Below are positions 19,208 to 28,968 of a stretch of DNA of 64,000 nucleotides, piece by piece. Under the pieces are notes generated by a model that had not been told where the DNA came from, did no database searches, and saw only the letters and a program-made list of their open reading frames with translations. The position numbers and the translations under genes were made by a program. Source of the DNA: Vicinamibacteria bacterium (GTDB taxonomy: Bacteria > Acidobacteriota > Vicinamibacteria > Marinacidobacterales > Marinacidobacteraceae). Each line of letters starts with the position of its first letter. Position 1 is the first letter of the stretch. The stretch covers positions 960,001 to 1,024,000 of the forward strand of contig OZ219816.1 of the NCBI GenBank assembly GCA_964291235.2, written 5' to 3'.

Positions 19208-19726
19208 TCAGTTGTCGGCCGGCGCGGAGGCCGTGTTCGAAGGAGGCGGCGCGTGTGGTGTGTTGGTCGTGATCAGTAGCGTGGAAAGGAGCACGCCCGC
19301 AATCCCGACCCACAGCAGCGGACCGCCCCGCAGCCGCCCTCCGGACAGGAGCAAGGTGGACACCGCGGTGATAGTCACCGCGCCGCCGAAGACCACCGGC
19401 ATTACGGCGTGCGGGATGCGGGCGCCGCCGGTGAACATCGCCATCGTGAGGCCAAACGCTCCCAGCGCCCCGAGGAGCCCGGCGGCGAACCCCCAGGCGA
19501 GGCTGCTTCCGGCAAGCGGGGTGAAGGAGAAGTTGTCTCCCCGGAGCCACATTCCCACGGCGCCGCCCGCGATCGCCACCACCAGGTAGGCGATCCCGAT
19601 CCCCAGGTAGGGCTTGAAGGGGCTGGCGGTGGCGTCGGCGAGCCGCGCCTGACCGAGAGTCGGTCCGTAGAGCCCCCAGGCGAGGGCGGTGACCAGGGCG
19701 AAGAGGAAGGGAAGAGCGCTACGCAT
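19208..19726 (-). CDS. Small multi-pass membrane protein (DMT/EamA-like)
   Basis: 3' part of the long ORF. GGAGG RBS before ATG 19726, about 5 TM helices (LAWGLYG...; VMPVVFGGA). Confidence 0.7.
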   Translation of the reverse strand: MRSALPFLFALVTALAWGLYGPTLGQARLADATASPFKPYLGIGIAYLVVAIAGGAVGMWLRGDNFSFTPLAGSSLAWGFAAGLLGALGAFGLTMAMFTGGARIPHAVMPVVFGGAVTITAVSTLLLSGGRLRGGPLLWVGIAGVLLSTLLITTNTPHAPPPSNTASAPADN

Positions 19727-19819
19727 GGGTGCCTCCGGGCGGCTCGGATCATACGGACCCGGGCGATTCCCGTGGCACACTCCGCGCGCATCCGGCGCGC
19801 GCCCGCCTCGCACTCCCGC

Positions 19820-20965
19820 ATGACGGCAAACGAAACACTCCAGCAGTTGGCTGCCGAAGGCGGCGTACCCGGGCCGCGCGGTTTTCTCCCGCCCTACGAG
19901 CCGCTCCGGCGGCTGCCGCCGGGATTCGAGCCGTGGGAAGAGATCGCCGCCGACCTTTCCGTCCGCTACCTTGTAGGCCGAATCCGCGCCGATCTTGCCG
20001 GGCTTCCGGAACTTGACCCCGCTCCCCTCCAGGATGGTCCGGAGGTGGAGCGGGCCATGCTGCTGCTGGGGTTCTTTGCGGGCGCCTATGTTCACGCCGC
20101 CGATTCCCCGGCGGCCAGCCTGCCGCCGCCACTGGCGCGCCCGTTGCTCGCGCTCTCCCGGAGGCTCGGACGCCCGCCGATTCTGGCCTATGCGAGCCTC
20201 AACATGCACAACTGGCGGCGGCTCGACCCGGCGGGTCCGATTGCCCTCCAAAACGTGGTGAACCTGCTCGGCGTGCATGGCAGCACCGACGAAACCTGGT
20301 TCCTTACCGGAGCGGTGGCCATCGAAGCGTGCGGGGGCGAAGAACCGGCCCGGATCGTTCGGGCGGCGATCGCGGCGGAAGCGAGAGACGCCGACACGGT
20401 CACCTCCGAACTCGAACGGTTGACCCGGACGATCGGCGAGATCACCGTCCTGACCGAGCGAACCCGCGAGGCCTGCGACCCGTACGTCTTCTACCGGCGG
20501 GTGCGCCCGCCGTACGCCGGCTGGTCCGAGCCCGGCGTCTTTTATGCGGGGACCGACGTGGCGGCGCCACTCGTCCTCGCCGGAGCGAGCGCCGCGCAGA
20601 GCCCGCTCATCCAGTGTTTCGATGCCGCGCTTTCCATCGAACACCCGGAAGCGGCCCGGTCCCCGCATCTTGAGATGCGGCGTTACATGAACCCGCCGCA
20701 TCGGCGTTTCGTGGCTGCCGTGGAGCGAAGCGGCGCCATCCGCCGCTTGGCGGCGGCGGGTCACAGCCGGGCGGTCACCGATGCCTACGACGCCGCGCTG
20801 GACGCGTTCACTCAATTTCGACGCACCCACCTGGCGGTCGTCACCGACTACATCGCGCGCCAGGCCGACCCGGGAACTCCGGCGCTCGGGACCGGGGGAA
20901 CGGACTTCGGGCGCTTCCTCGGAGGGACGCTTGCGGGCGTCGAGAACGCGCGCCTCAAGCGCTGA
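19820..20965 (+). CDS. Indoleamine 2,3-dioxygenase family heme enzyme
   Basis: RGFLP, LGRPPILAYAS..MHNW, DETWF, FYRRVRP, GASAAQS, MRRYMNPPHRRF, FRRTH (proximal His), GTGGT. Confidence 0.9.
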   Translation: MTANETLQQLAAEGGVPGPRGFLPPYEPLRRLPPGFEPWEEIAADLSVRYLVGRIRADLAGLPELDPAPLQDGPEVERAMLLLGFFAGAYVHAADSPAASLPPPLARPLLALSRRLGRPPILAYASLNMHNWRRLDPAGPIALQNVVNLLGVHGSTDETWFLTGAVAIEACGGEEPARIVRAAIAAEARDADTVTSELERLTRTIGEITVLTERTREACDPYVFYRRVRPPYAGWSEPGVFYAGTDVAAPLVLAGASAAQSPLIQCFDAALSIEHPEAARSPHLEMRRYMNPPHRRFVAAVERSGAIRRLAAAGHSRAVTDAYDAALDAFTQFRRTHLAVVTDYIARQADPGTPALGTGGTDFGRFLGGTLAGVENARLKR

Positions 20966-21021
20966 CTGCGGCAGGGCCGGGGAGGAACGGGTGATCGTCC
21001 ACCCCGTCGCGCGAGCCGGTA

Positions 21022-23178
21022 TTACTCGGCCGCTGGCGAACGGTCCTCGCGCGGCACGAGCCGTACGGCCCAGAGTCCGCTGTTGAAGTCGGAGAAGAAG
21101 ATCGTGCCCTTGTGCGGTTGCGGACCCCAGACGAAGGGTGCGTTCGCGATGAACCCATCCGGATCGTCCGAATAGAACTTCGCCACTTCCCGCCCCTGCC
21201 GGTAGAGGTCGCCCACGAGTTCTCCGGATACGTCCACGACGCGAAGCCCGCCATTGAAGTAGGCGACGTACATGAGGTCCTTCTCGTAGTCGATCCAGAG
21301 GTTGTGGGGACCGGCTTCCGGCACCCGGTAGCGGGCGATCTCCACGGGGTTTTCCGGGTCGTCGAACTCGTTGAAGTGGATGAATCCCATCGCCCGGGAG
21401 GGCATGCGCTCCTGCCAGGCAATGATCGGTCCGGGAATCCGCGGGTTGATGGGGTGGGACTCGTCGCCGGTCACGACGTAGAAGCGGTTCGCCGAGCGGC
21501 TCCGGAAGGGCCAGATGGCGTGGTTCCACCCGGTGAGCTGGTAGAGGCGGCCCATCTCGACCGGGTTCTGGGGCGATCCTCCCAGGCCGCCACCGCCCAC
21601 GTCCACGACCACCATGCCGTCGGTGTTGCCCGCCTGGAAGGCGATCCCGTCATGGATCCAGACGTCATGGACGCTGCGCCCGGGGCGGGGGTCCTCGAAC
21701 CGGGAGACGCGGAAGGGGTTCCTCGGATCCTCGGCGTTGACCACGTCCCAGCGCCGGCCGTTGTTGATGGCGTAGATGTGTCCCTCGTGAAAGAACACGT
21801 TGTGAACTCCTCCGGTGAGTTCATCGTCGAAGCGGGAGAGGATCTCGGGATTCCGCGGATCGGAGACGTCCACGATCACGAACCCGTTGCGCCGGTTCGA
21901 GGCGCCCTCGCGGGTGATGACGGCTATCCGGCCGTCTTCGGAAACCTTGACGTCGTTCACGGTGCGGGCGTCCACCTGCACCTCGGAGATGCGCTGCATG
22001 TTGGCGGGGTCCGTGACGTCGAAGAACAGCGCGTGTCCGTCGGCGTTCCAGGTCCCGAGGGCGGCGTAATCCCGGCCGTCGGTCCCTTCCCAGATCCACA
22101 GGTCGGAGCTTGCCCGGTCGCGGACCGGCGCGTGGCCCACGAACTCCATCGCCATCTCGATGTCGCGCGGAACCACCTGGATCGCCCGCTCGGCTCGCGC
22201 CGGCCCGGAGGACGCCGAAACCACGTAGAGCCCCGGCTGTTCGGCCACGAATCTGCCGTCGGTGAGGAGTTGGGCGGGGGCGCCGGCGCCCACCGTGTCG
22301 AACCGGCTGGGGTCGGGGTGCGATTCGAGCGAAAAGCGCACGGGGGCGCCTTCGACGGGTCGGCCGGCCGCGTCCGCGACGGTAGTGGCAAGCCGCACCA
22401 CGTCGCCGGTCCGCACTGCGGAGTCACCGAGGGAGGAGCGGAGCTCGAGGGAGCGCGCGGGATTCGGCACGACTTCGATGTGCGCTTCGACCGAGAGCTC
22501 ACCGAGCCTTGCCGTGATGGTTGCGTTCCCGGGGTTGAGTGCCCTGAGGATGCCGGCCGCCTCACCGGCATACGTTGGGGGCCGGGGCCGGTCGTAGAAC
22601 GGATGGGCGTGGTAGGTGCCTTCGAAGATAGGCCCGAAGGCGGCAGCCGCCGCGACGCCCGCCGGCTCGACGGTGATCTCGGGCCGCACGTCACGCGGTT
22701 CCGATCCCTCGTCCTCAGCCAACAGCCGGATCGGCACGCTGGCCCCCACGAGCACCTCGGCGGGCATTTCCACAAAGCTCAGGGTGGCAAGTTCCGAAGG
22801 CAGGATTTCGACCGGGATCTCGATCCGGATGCCCGGGTCGTCCGCCCGCGTGAACCCGGGCGTGGTCCCGGCCGCCGGGGAGAGCGCCACCAGCGTGTGG
22901 CTGCCCGCCCGGTGGGCGGTGACCACCCCGGTATGGGAGACGCTGACGTCCGCGGGGTCGAGCGAGAAGAAGAGCACCCGCGCCCCCGAGTCCACCGTTC
23001 CGTCCGCGGCCGTAACGGTGGCCACGAGGCTGCCGGTCTGTCCTACGCGCAGGTTCAGCGACTCGGGAGCGACCGTAAGTTGCCGCTCCTGCCCTGAAGC
23101 CGAAGCGACAACGGCCGCGGCCGCTGCCAGCGCCAGAATGGCTGAGGAAAACCGCGATGAGATCCGCCCGAAAGTCAT
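21022..23178 (-). CDS. Secreted Ig-like plus LVIVD-repeat (choice-of-anchor B-like) protein
   Basis: Signal peptide, Ig-like N-terminal domains, SDLWIWEGTDGRDYA, FVIVDVSDPRNP, VHNVF, VHDVW, PHNLW, GLRVVDVS. Confidence 0.8.
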   Translation of the reverse strand: MTFGRISSRFSSAILALAAAAAVVASASGQERQLTVAPESLNLRVGQTGSLVATVTAADGTVDSGARVLFFSLDPADVSVSHTGVVTAHRAGSHTLVALSPAAGTTPGFTRADDPGIRIEIPVEILPSELATLSFVEMPAEVLVGASVPIRLLAEDEGSEPRDVRPEITVEPAGVAAAAAFGPIFEGTYHAHPFYDRPRPPTYAGEAAGILRALNPGNATITARLGELSVEAHIEVVPNPARSLELRSSLGDSAVRTGDVVRLATTVADAAGRPVEGAPVRFSLESHPDPSRFDTVGAGAPAQLLTDGRFVAEQPGLYVVSASSGPARAERAIQVVPRDIEMAMEFVGHAPVRDRASSDLWIWEGTDGRDYAALGTWNADGHALFFDVTDPANMQRISEVQVDARTVNDVKVSEDGRIAVITREGASNRRNGFVIVDVSDPRNPEILSRFDDELTGGVHNVFFHEGHIYAINNGRRWDVVNAEDPRNPFRVSRFEDPRPGRSVHDVWIHDGIAFQAGNTDGMVVVDVGGGGLGGSPQNPVEMGRLYQLTGWNHAIWPFRSRSANRFYVVTGDESHPINPRIPGPIIAWQERMPSRAMGFIHFNEFDDPENPVEIARYRVPEAGPHNLWIDYEKDLMYVAYFNGGLRVVDVSGELVGDLYRQGREVAKFYSDDPDGFIANAPFVWGPQPHKGTIFFSDFNSGLWAVRLVPREDRSPAAE

Positions 23179-23257
23179 CGTTCAAGAGTAAGTCAAGACG
23201 CCTTGGCCAGGCCAAGCGGACCCCCGAACCGCGCCGGCTCGTGATCTTGCGAGGGGA

Positions 23258-23896
23258 ATGTGGCGGGGCAATGAAGAATTCGAACCCCTGGCGCGTAGTT
23301 CCCCAGTAGAAAACGTGAGAGACGAGATTTCCGCCACCGCCGCCGTTCCTCGCGGCCGGCCCGGAGAGCCCGATCCGGAAGAACAGGAATGGATCCGGCG
23401 GTGCCGGAACGGCAGCCGGCGCGCCTACGAACCGCTGGTACGCCGCTACGCGCGCTGGGCCGAGGCCTATGCGTATCGCCGGGTCGGGGACCGGGAAGAG
23501 GCGCGCGACCTGGCCCAGGAGGCGTTCGCGCGGGCATTTCACGCCATGCCGCGGTTCCGCCTGGGGCGTCCCTTCCTGCCCTGGTTCCTGACCATCCTGG
23601 ACAACCTTTGCCGGAGCTATCTCCGCCGGCGCCGTCCGGAAATCGGCCTTGACCAGGCCCCGGAACCCGCATCCGACGGAGGCATGCGCTCGATCGATCA
23701 GCGGCTCCTGTTGGAACGCGGTCTTGAAGGTCTATCCGAAGAACAGCGCCGGGTCGTCGTGATGCGCGACGTCGAGGGGTATGTCCACCGCGAAGTCGCG
23801 GAGCGACTCGGGATTCCCGAGGGGACGGTGATGTCCCGGCTCCACACCGCCCGCCGCCGCCTGCGGCGGTTCCTCGCGGGCGGCAGCCGGACGTGA
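23258..23896 (+). CDS. ECF RNA polymerase sigma factor
   Basis: AYEPLVRRY, ARDLAQEAF, F.PW...I..N.CR, EVAERLGIPEGTVMSRLH. Start may be GTG 23315. Confidence 0.93.
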   Translation: MWRGNEEFEPLARSSPVENVRDEISATAAVPRGRPGEPDPEEQEWIRRCRNGSRRAYEPLVRRYARWAEAYAYRRVGDREEARDLAQEAFARAFHAMPRFRLGRPFLPWFLTILDNLCRSYLRRRRPEIGLDQAPEPASDGGMRSIDQRLLLERGLEGLSEEQRRVVVMRDVEGYVHREVAERLGIPEGTVMSRLHTARRRLRRFLAGGSRT

Positions 23897-23922
23897 GGCG
23901 CCGGCCAAAAGGAGGCAACCTG

Positions 23923-24294
23923 ATGAACGATCACGACCCGAACAGCGGTCCGCGGGCCTCTGGACGGATTCCCGAAGACGCCCCGGGGGCGCCGGAAATC
24001 GAAGCGCGTCCCGGCGATTGGGACGACGCGGCGATGGACCGTTTCTGGCTCGGGGTCTATTCCCGGCTGGAACGCGGCCTTGCCTGGACGCTGATCTCCG
24101 CCTCGGGGGCCGTCCTGCTCGGCTACTGGGCGTACCAGTTCGCTACCGAATTCATGGCTGACGCATCCGTCCCGATGGTGGTTCGTTTCGGAACCGCGGG
24201 ATTCCTGCTCGGCATTCTCCTTCTCCTGCTGGGAGCGGTCCGTGAGCGGATCCGCGCCCGTTCCACCGACCCGTTCCGGAGGGTCCGACGATGA
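23923..24294 (+). CDS. Two-TM membrane protein, putative anti-sigma factor
   Basis: AAGGAGG RBS, directly follows the ECF gene, two hydrophobic helices, C-terminal RERI...DPF..V.R. Confidence 0.6.
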   Translation: MNDHDPNSGPRASGRIPEDAPGAPEIEARPGDWDDAAMDRFWLGVYSRLERGLAWTLISASGAVLLGYWAYQFATEFMADASVPMVVRFGTAGFLLGILLLLLGAVRERIRARSTDPFRRVRR

Positions 24295-24608
24295 TTGTGA
24301 GCACTACCAACGAAGTCCCCGGCGCCGAAGTCGCAGCCGTATTGGGTATCGCCCGCGGCAACACGATCCGCGCCCGCCACGTCGGCCGCGACATCATGGC
24401 CGGCCTCAAGGGGGTGGTCGGCGGCGAGGTCGAGTCCTATACGAAGCTCATGGCCGAGAGCCGCGAGCAGGCGATGGCCCGGATGATCGAGCACGCCGAG
24501 GCGCTCGGCGCCGACGCCATCGTGGGCATGCGGGTCGCGACTTCCGTGCTCATGACCACCGCGGCCGAGATCCTCGCCTACGGCACCGCGGTGAAACTCC
24601 GCCGGTAG
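24291..24608 (+). CDS. YbjQ/UPF0145 family protein
   Basis: MIVSTT..VPG, GRDIMAGLK.VVGGE...YT.LM.ESREQA, LGADAIVG, EILAYGTAV. ATGA overlap with the upstream gene. Confidence 0.93.
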   Translation: MIVSTTNEVPGAEVAAVLGIARGNTIRARHVGRDIMAGLKGVVGGEVESYTKLMAESREQAMARMIEHAEALGADAIVGMRVATSVLMTTAAEILAYGTAVKLRR

Positions 24609-24610
24609 GG

Positions 24611-24847
24611 TGAGAACGCCAGCCGATCCTTCCGGTGGGGGCCGGCACAGCGGCGCGCAGCGCCGCGGGCGGTTCCTCGCTGCTCGCGCTCACGGGGTCC
24701 TCTCCGAGAGAGGGAGCCATCCTGGCCAGCCAGGTCCGTCCCGCCGCCCGCCTGCGGCGGGCTGTGCCGGCCTGGAGGCCGGCGTTCCCGTGCCTGTCCG
24801 ACATCTGAGGCTGGTGGGGTTCCCGCCGAGAGGGGAACCATCCTGCA
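24611..24847 (-). repeat. Further copy of the 123-bp REP/BIME-like family, with an opposed degenerate copy
   Basis: Minus strand reads CAGGATGGTTCCCCTCTCGGCGGGAACCCC...CACGGGAACGCCGGCCTCCAGGCCGGCACAGCCCGCCGCAGGCGGG. Plus strand 24611-24670 has GAGAACGCCAGCC...GGCCGGCACAG. Confidence 0.85.
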
Positions 24848-24997
24848 TCGATCTCTACGACGGAGGGATGAGAAATCCGGACTAAGTCAGAACTTTAGGC
24901 GGGCTTTGCGCGACCTCGGCCGCATCCTGTAGTCCCGATGGCGCCCGGCGCACGTGTCGCCGCGACAGAGCCTGCCGACCGGATAGGGTAGGAGGCC

Positions 24998-25495
24998 ATG
25001 TCGGAACTCTCCATCCCCGAGCGCGACGCGGGCCGCTTCTACGAGGACTTCCGCGTCGGCCAGCGCATCGTCCACCCGCTGGGACGCACCGTCCTGGCGG
25101 CCGACAACTCCTGGTTCTCGCTGCTTACCCAGAACCAGAACCCGATCCACATTGATCGGCACCACAGCGAGAGGACCCCGTTCGGCAAGCCCCTCGTGAA
25201 CTCCTGCCTGACCCTGGCGCTCGCTACCGGCCAGTCGGTGAACGACCTGACCCGCAACGTGCTCGCGAATCTCGGTTGGGATGAGGTACGCCTGCCCGCC
25301 CCGCTGTTCGAGGGGGACACGCTCTACTCGGAGAGCGAGGTGCTCTCCACCCGCGAGTCGCGGTCCCGGCCGGAGGCCGGCATCGTCACCGTGCGGACCC
25401 GGGGGAAGAATCAGGACGGCGTGGTGGTGATCGAGTTCCGGCGGACGTTCCTGATCTGGAAGGGCGCCCACGCGCCCGCTGCGGCGTCGGACTAG
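24998..25495 (+). CDS. MaoC family dehydratase
   Basis: GRFYEDF.VG, GRTV...DN..F...T.NQNPIH.D, FGKPLVNS, PLFEGDTLY. AGGAGG RBS. Confidence 0.92.
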   Translation: MSELSIPERDAGRFYEDFRVGQRIVHPLGRTVLAADNSWFSLLTQNQNPIHIDRHHSERTPFGKPLVNSCLTLALATGQSVNDLTRNVLANLGWDEVRLPAPLFEGDTLYSESEVLSTRESRSRPEAGIVTVRTRGKNQDGVVVIEFRRTFLIWKGAHAPAAASD

Positions 25496-27186
25496 GCGGA
25501 CTCGGCCCGGCGCTCCCCCCGGAGCATCGCGACCATCCGGGCGGCGTCCGGCGGTGGCGGGCCCGTCCGGCGGCTTACGAGCCAGGTGACCCCGAAGTTG
25601 ATGAGCATCCCGAGGGTGCCAATGCCCTCCGGGCTGATCCCGAACCACCAGGCCTCAGGGCCGCTCCACTCGAAGACCTTGAACCACCCGATATAGACCG
25701 CGGTAAAGCCGGTTCCGGCGATCATTCCGGCGACGGCGCCGCGGGCGGTGACCCACGTCGTAAAGACCCCGAGCACCAACGCCGGGAAGAAGCTGGCGGC
25801 GGCCAAGCCAAAGGCGAACGCCACCACGGCGGCGACGTAGTCGGGCGGATAAATCCCCACGATGATCGCCACGATGCAGGCGCCCGCGGCCGACAGCCGG
25901 GCGGCGGTCAGTTCCTGCCGATCGCTCATCTTCGGCCGGAGGAAGCTCTTCAGCAGGTCGTGGGACACGGAAGCCGAAATGACCAGCAGGAGACCGGCCG
26001 CGGTGGAAAGCGCCGCGGCCAGACCGCCTGCCGCCACCAGCCCGACGACCCAGGCCGGCAACTCGGCGATCTCCGGATTGGCGAGGACCATGATGTCCCG
26101 GTCGATGAACAATTCGGCGCCGGCGCCCTCGCCGTACTGGATGAGGCCGTCGCCGTTATGGTCGGTGAACCGGATGAGACCGGTCGCCGCCCAGTTCTGG
26201 AACCAGTCGGGGGCCTCCGCAATGGGCGTGTTGTGGAGGGTCTGGATCATGTTGACCCGGGCGAAGGCCGCGACTGCCGGAGCGGTGGTGTAGAGGATCG
26301 CGATGAAGAGCAGCGCCCACATCACGCTCCAGCGCGCCAGCCGCGCGCTCTTGACCGTGTAGAACCGGATGAGGACGTGTGGAAGTCCCGCGGTGCCGGT
26401 CATGAGCGCCAGGGTGATCGCGAAGACATCCGGCAGCGTCTTTTTCCCGGCCAGGAAAGCCCCCGTGTACTCCGGTAAACCGAGATCGGTGTGTATCTGG
26501 TCGATCGCCCGCAGGAGCGCCACGCCGGCCCGTTCTCCCTCGATGAGCGCGGATCCGAACCCGATCTGCGGGACCGGATTCCCGGTCATCATCCAGGAGA
26601 TGGCGCCCGCGGGGATGAGGAACGCGACGATCAGCACGCAGTACTGGGCCACCTGCGTGTAGGTGATGCCGCGCATGCCGCCGAGCGTCGCGTAGAGCAG
26701 CACGATCACTCCGCCGATGACCACCCCGTACTCCACCGGGATGGTCAGGAAGCGGGAGAAGACCACGCCGACCCCGCGCATCTGACCCGCAACGTAGGTG
26801 AAGGAGATGAACACGGCGCAGACCACCGCGGTCAACCGGGCGGCCTGGGAAGCGAAGCGGTCCCCCACGAACTCGGGGATGGTGAAGCGGCCGTAGCGGC
26901 GGAGGTACGGCGCGACCAACAGCGCCAGCAGGACGTAACCTCCGGTCCACCCCATCAGGTAGATCGCGCCGTCGTACCCCATGAACGAGATGAGCCCCGC
27001 CATGGAGATGAACGAGGCGGCGCTCATCCAGTCGGCTCCGGTCGCCATGCCGTTGGCTACGGCTGAGACGCCCCGGCCCGCGACGTAGAAGCCGGAAGTG
27101 GTCTGCACCCGGCTCGCAATCGCGATGGCGCTGTAGAGCGCAAAGCTCGAGACGACGAAGACGAGGGTCCAGCCGGCGATGCTCAC
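25492..27186 (-). CDS. Sodium:solute symporter (ActP-like cation/monocarboxylate symporter subfamily)
   Basis: FYVAGRG, NGMATGADWMSAASFISMAG, GTAGLPHVLIRFYTV, GGLAAALSTAAGLL. Confidence 0.93.
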   Translation of the reverse strand: MSIAGWTLVFVVSSFALYSAIAIASRVQTTSGFYVAGRGVSAVANGMATGADWMSAASFISMAGLISFMGYDGAIYLMGWTGGYVLLALLVAPYLRRYGRFTIPEFVGDRFASQAARLTAVVCAVFISFTYVAGQMRGVGVVFSRFLTIPVEYGVVIGGVIVLLYATLGGMRGITYTQVAQYCVLIVAFLIPAGAISWMMTGNPVPQIGFGSALIEGERAGVALLRAIDQIHTDLGLPEYTGAFLAGKKTLPDVFAITLALMTGTAGLPHVLIRFYTVKSARLARWSVMWALLFIAILYTTAPAVAAFARVNMIQTLHNTPIAEAPDWFQNWAATGLIRFTDHNGDGLIQYGEGAGAELFIDRDIMVLANPEIAELPAWVVGLVAAGGLAAALSTAAGLLLVISASVSHDLLKSFLRPKMSDRQELTAARLSAAGACIVAIIVGIYPPDYVAAVVAFAFGLAAASFFPALVLGVFTTWVTARGAVAGMIAGTGFTAVYIGWFKVFEWSGPEAWWFGISPEGIGTLGMLINFGVTWLVSRRTGPPPPDAARMVAMLRGERRAESA

Positions 27187-27461
27187 TGCGATTCCTCACC
27201 GTCATCGGGCCGGTCGGCGTCGCGTTCGATTCGGTCCATGGCGACAGCGTTCACGACCAGCAGGACCAGGAAGATCAGGATCGAGCCCTGTTGGGCGAAC
27301 CAGAAGCCGAGCGGGAATCCGCCGACCCAAATCCGGTTCAGGGGTTCCGCAAGCAGCACGCCGAGCCCCAGGGAGGCGGCGAACCAGATCGCCAGGAGAA
27401 TGCCGATCAGGCGGAGGCTGCGACGCCAGGCGTCGCGTCGCGGCGGAGACGGTTGAGGCAC
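27183..27461 (-). CDS. DUF4212 small subunit of the solute symporter
   Basis: GGFPLGFWFAQQGSI motif, 2 TM, overlaps the symporter start. Confidence 0.9.
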   Translation of the reverse strand: MPQPSPPRRDAWRRSLRLIGILLAIWFAASLGLGVLLAEPLNRIWVGGFPLGFWFAQQGSILIFLVLLVVNAVAMDRIERDADRPDDGEESQ

Positions 27462-27619
27462 GGTGAGGGGTGGATTGAATCAGAAGTGCCCTGACCGGCC
27501 TTCGGACAAAGTCACGCGGCCCAGTTCTCCGGGGGGGAGCTGACGCGTGCCGCCCGAGCCATGGGCTTCGACCTGCCCGGCGCGCTGGTATATTCGGAAA
27601 AACGGAAGGAGGCGACTCC

Positions 27620-28489
27620 GTGATTCCACCGTCCTTCGACTATCACGCTCCCGAGAATCTGGAAGAGGCGAGCCGGCTGCTGCTGGCCAATCCCGAGGCC
27701 AAGCTGTTGGCCGGGGGACACAGCCTCATCCCCATGATGCGGTTCCGCCTCGCGGAACCGGCCGCGCTCGTGGACCTCAGGAAGATCCCCGGGCTGTCCG
27801 GAATCCGCGAAGCCGACGGATCCCTGTGCATCGGGGCGATGACCCGCGAGTCGGAGCTTGAGAAGTCCGAGCTTGTCCAGAGTCGCTACCCGCTCCTCGC
27901 CGACACCGCCCGCGTCATCGCGGACCCGGTGGTCCGGAACCTGGCGACCGTCGGCGGCAACGTCGCCCACGCGGACCCCGGGAACGACCACCCGGCCACG
28001 ATGCTGGCCTACCGGGCGTCGTTTGTCGCCTGCGGCCCTTCCGGGGATCGGACGATCGCCGCTTCCGACTTCTTCACCGGGCCGTTCTCCACCTGCCTGG
28101 CGGCGGGGGAGATCCTCACGGAGATTCACGTTCCTGCGTCCGGGGCCGGGTCGGGCGGCGCCTACCAGAAGTTCGAACGGAAGGTCGGCGATTACGCCGT
28201 CGCCGCGGTCGCCGTCCAGCTGCAACTCGATGGCGGCCGGATTGCGAGCGCGGGAGTCGCGCTCACCAATGTAGGTCTCACCGCGATCCAGTGTGGCGCT
28301 GCCGAAGCGGCGCTCGTCGGTTCGGACGGCGGTGACGGGGCGCTCGACGCGGCCGCCGAAGCGGCGGCCGCGGCAGCGGACCCGGCAGACGATCACCGGG
28401 GATCCGCCGACTACAAACGCGCGGTGGTCCGCGTGCTCACCCATCGGGCGGCGGCCAGCGCGCTCGCCCGGGCGAGGGAGGCGTCATGA
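27620..28489 (+). CDS. coxM: CO dehydrogenase medium (FAD) subunit
   Basis: [39 protein letters not shown]. First gene of an M-S-L operon, AGGAGG RBS. Confidence 0.93.
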   Translation: MIPPSFDYHAPENLEEASRLLLANPEAKLLAGGHSLIPMMRFRLAEPAALVDLRKIPGLSGIREADGSLCIGAMTRESELEKSELVQSRYPLLADTARVIADPVVRNLATVGGNVAHADPGNDHPATMLAYRASFVACGPSGDRTIAASDFFTGPFSTCLAAGEILTEIHVPASGAGSGGAYQKFERKVGDYAVAAVAVQLQLDGGRIASAGVALTNVGLTAIQCGAAEAALVGSDGGDGALDAAAEAAAAAADPADDHRGSADYKRAVVRVLTHRAAASALARAREAS

Positions 28490-28968
28490 GTTCCCACCAG
28501 ATCAGCGTCACCATCAACGGTGAGGAGCACACGCGCCAAGTGGAAGCGCGGCTGTTGCTCGTTCACTTCATCCGCGAGGAACTGGAGCTGACCGGCACCC
28601 ACATCGGATGCGACACGACCTCCTGCGGCGCCTGCACGGTGCTCATCAACGGGGTCCCGGCCAAGAGCTGCACCGTGTTTGCGGTAGCGGCGGACGGGGC
28701 CGAGGTCACCACTGTCGAAGGGCTCGGGAATGGCGGCCTCCATCCGGTCCAGCAGGGATTCACCGAAAAACACGGTCTCCAGTGCGGGTTCTGCACTCCC
28801 GGGATGATGCTGACCTCCAAGGCGCTCCTGGAAGAGAACCCGGATCCCTCCGAAGCGGAGATCCGCTGGGGCATTTCCGGCAATTTGTGCCGCTGCACCG
28901 GCTACCTGAACATCGTGAGGGCCGTGCAGCGGGCCAGCGAACTGATGAAGGAGAACAGCGATGGCTGA
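28486..28968 (+). CDS. coxS: CO dehydrogenase small (2x[2Fe-2S]) subunit
   Basis: [11 protein letters not shown]...[19 protein letters not shown]. Confidence 0.95.
   Translation: MSSHQISVTINGEEHTRQVEARLLLVHFIREELELTGTHIGCDTTSCGACTVLINGVPAKSCTVFAVAADGAEVTTVEGLGNGGLHPVQQGFTEKHGLQCGFCTPGMMLTSKALLEENPDPSEAEIRWGISGNLCRCTGYLNIVRAVQRASELMKENSDG

Noticed and set aside
19727-21529. 773-aa minus-strand ORF as a single protein
   Set aside because: Only the last 172 aa are protein-like. The rest is the antisense shadow of the IDO gene.
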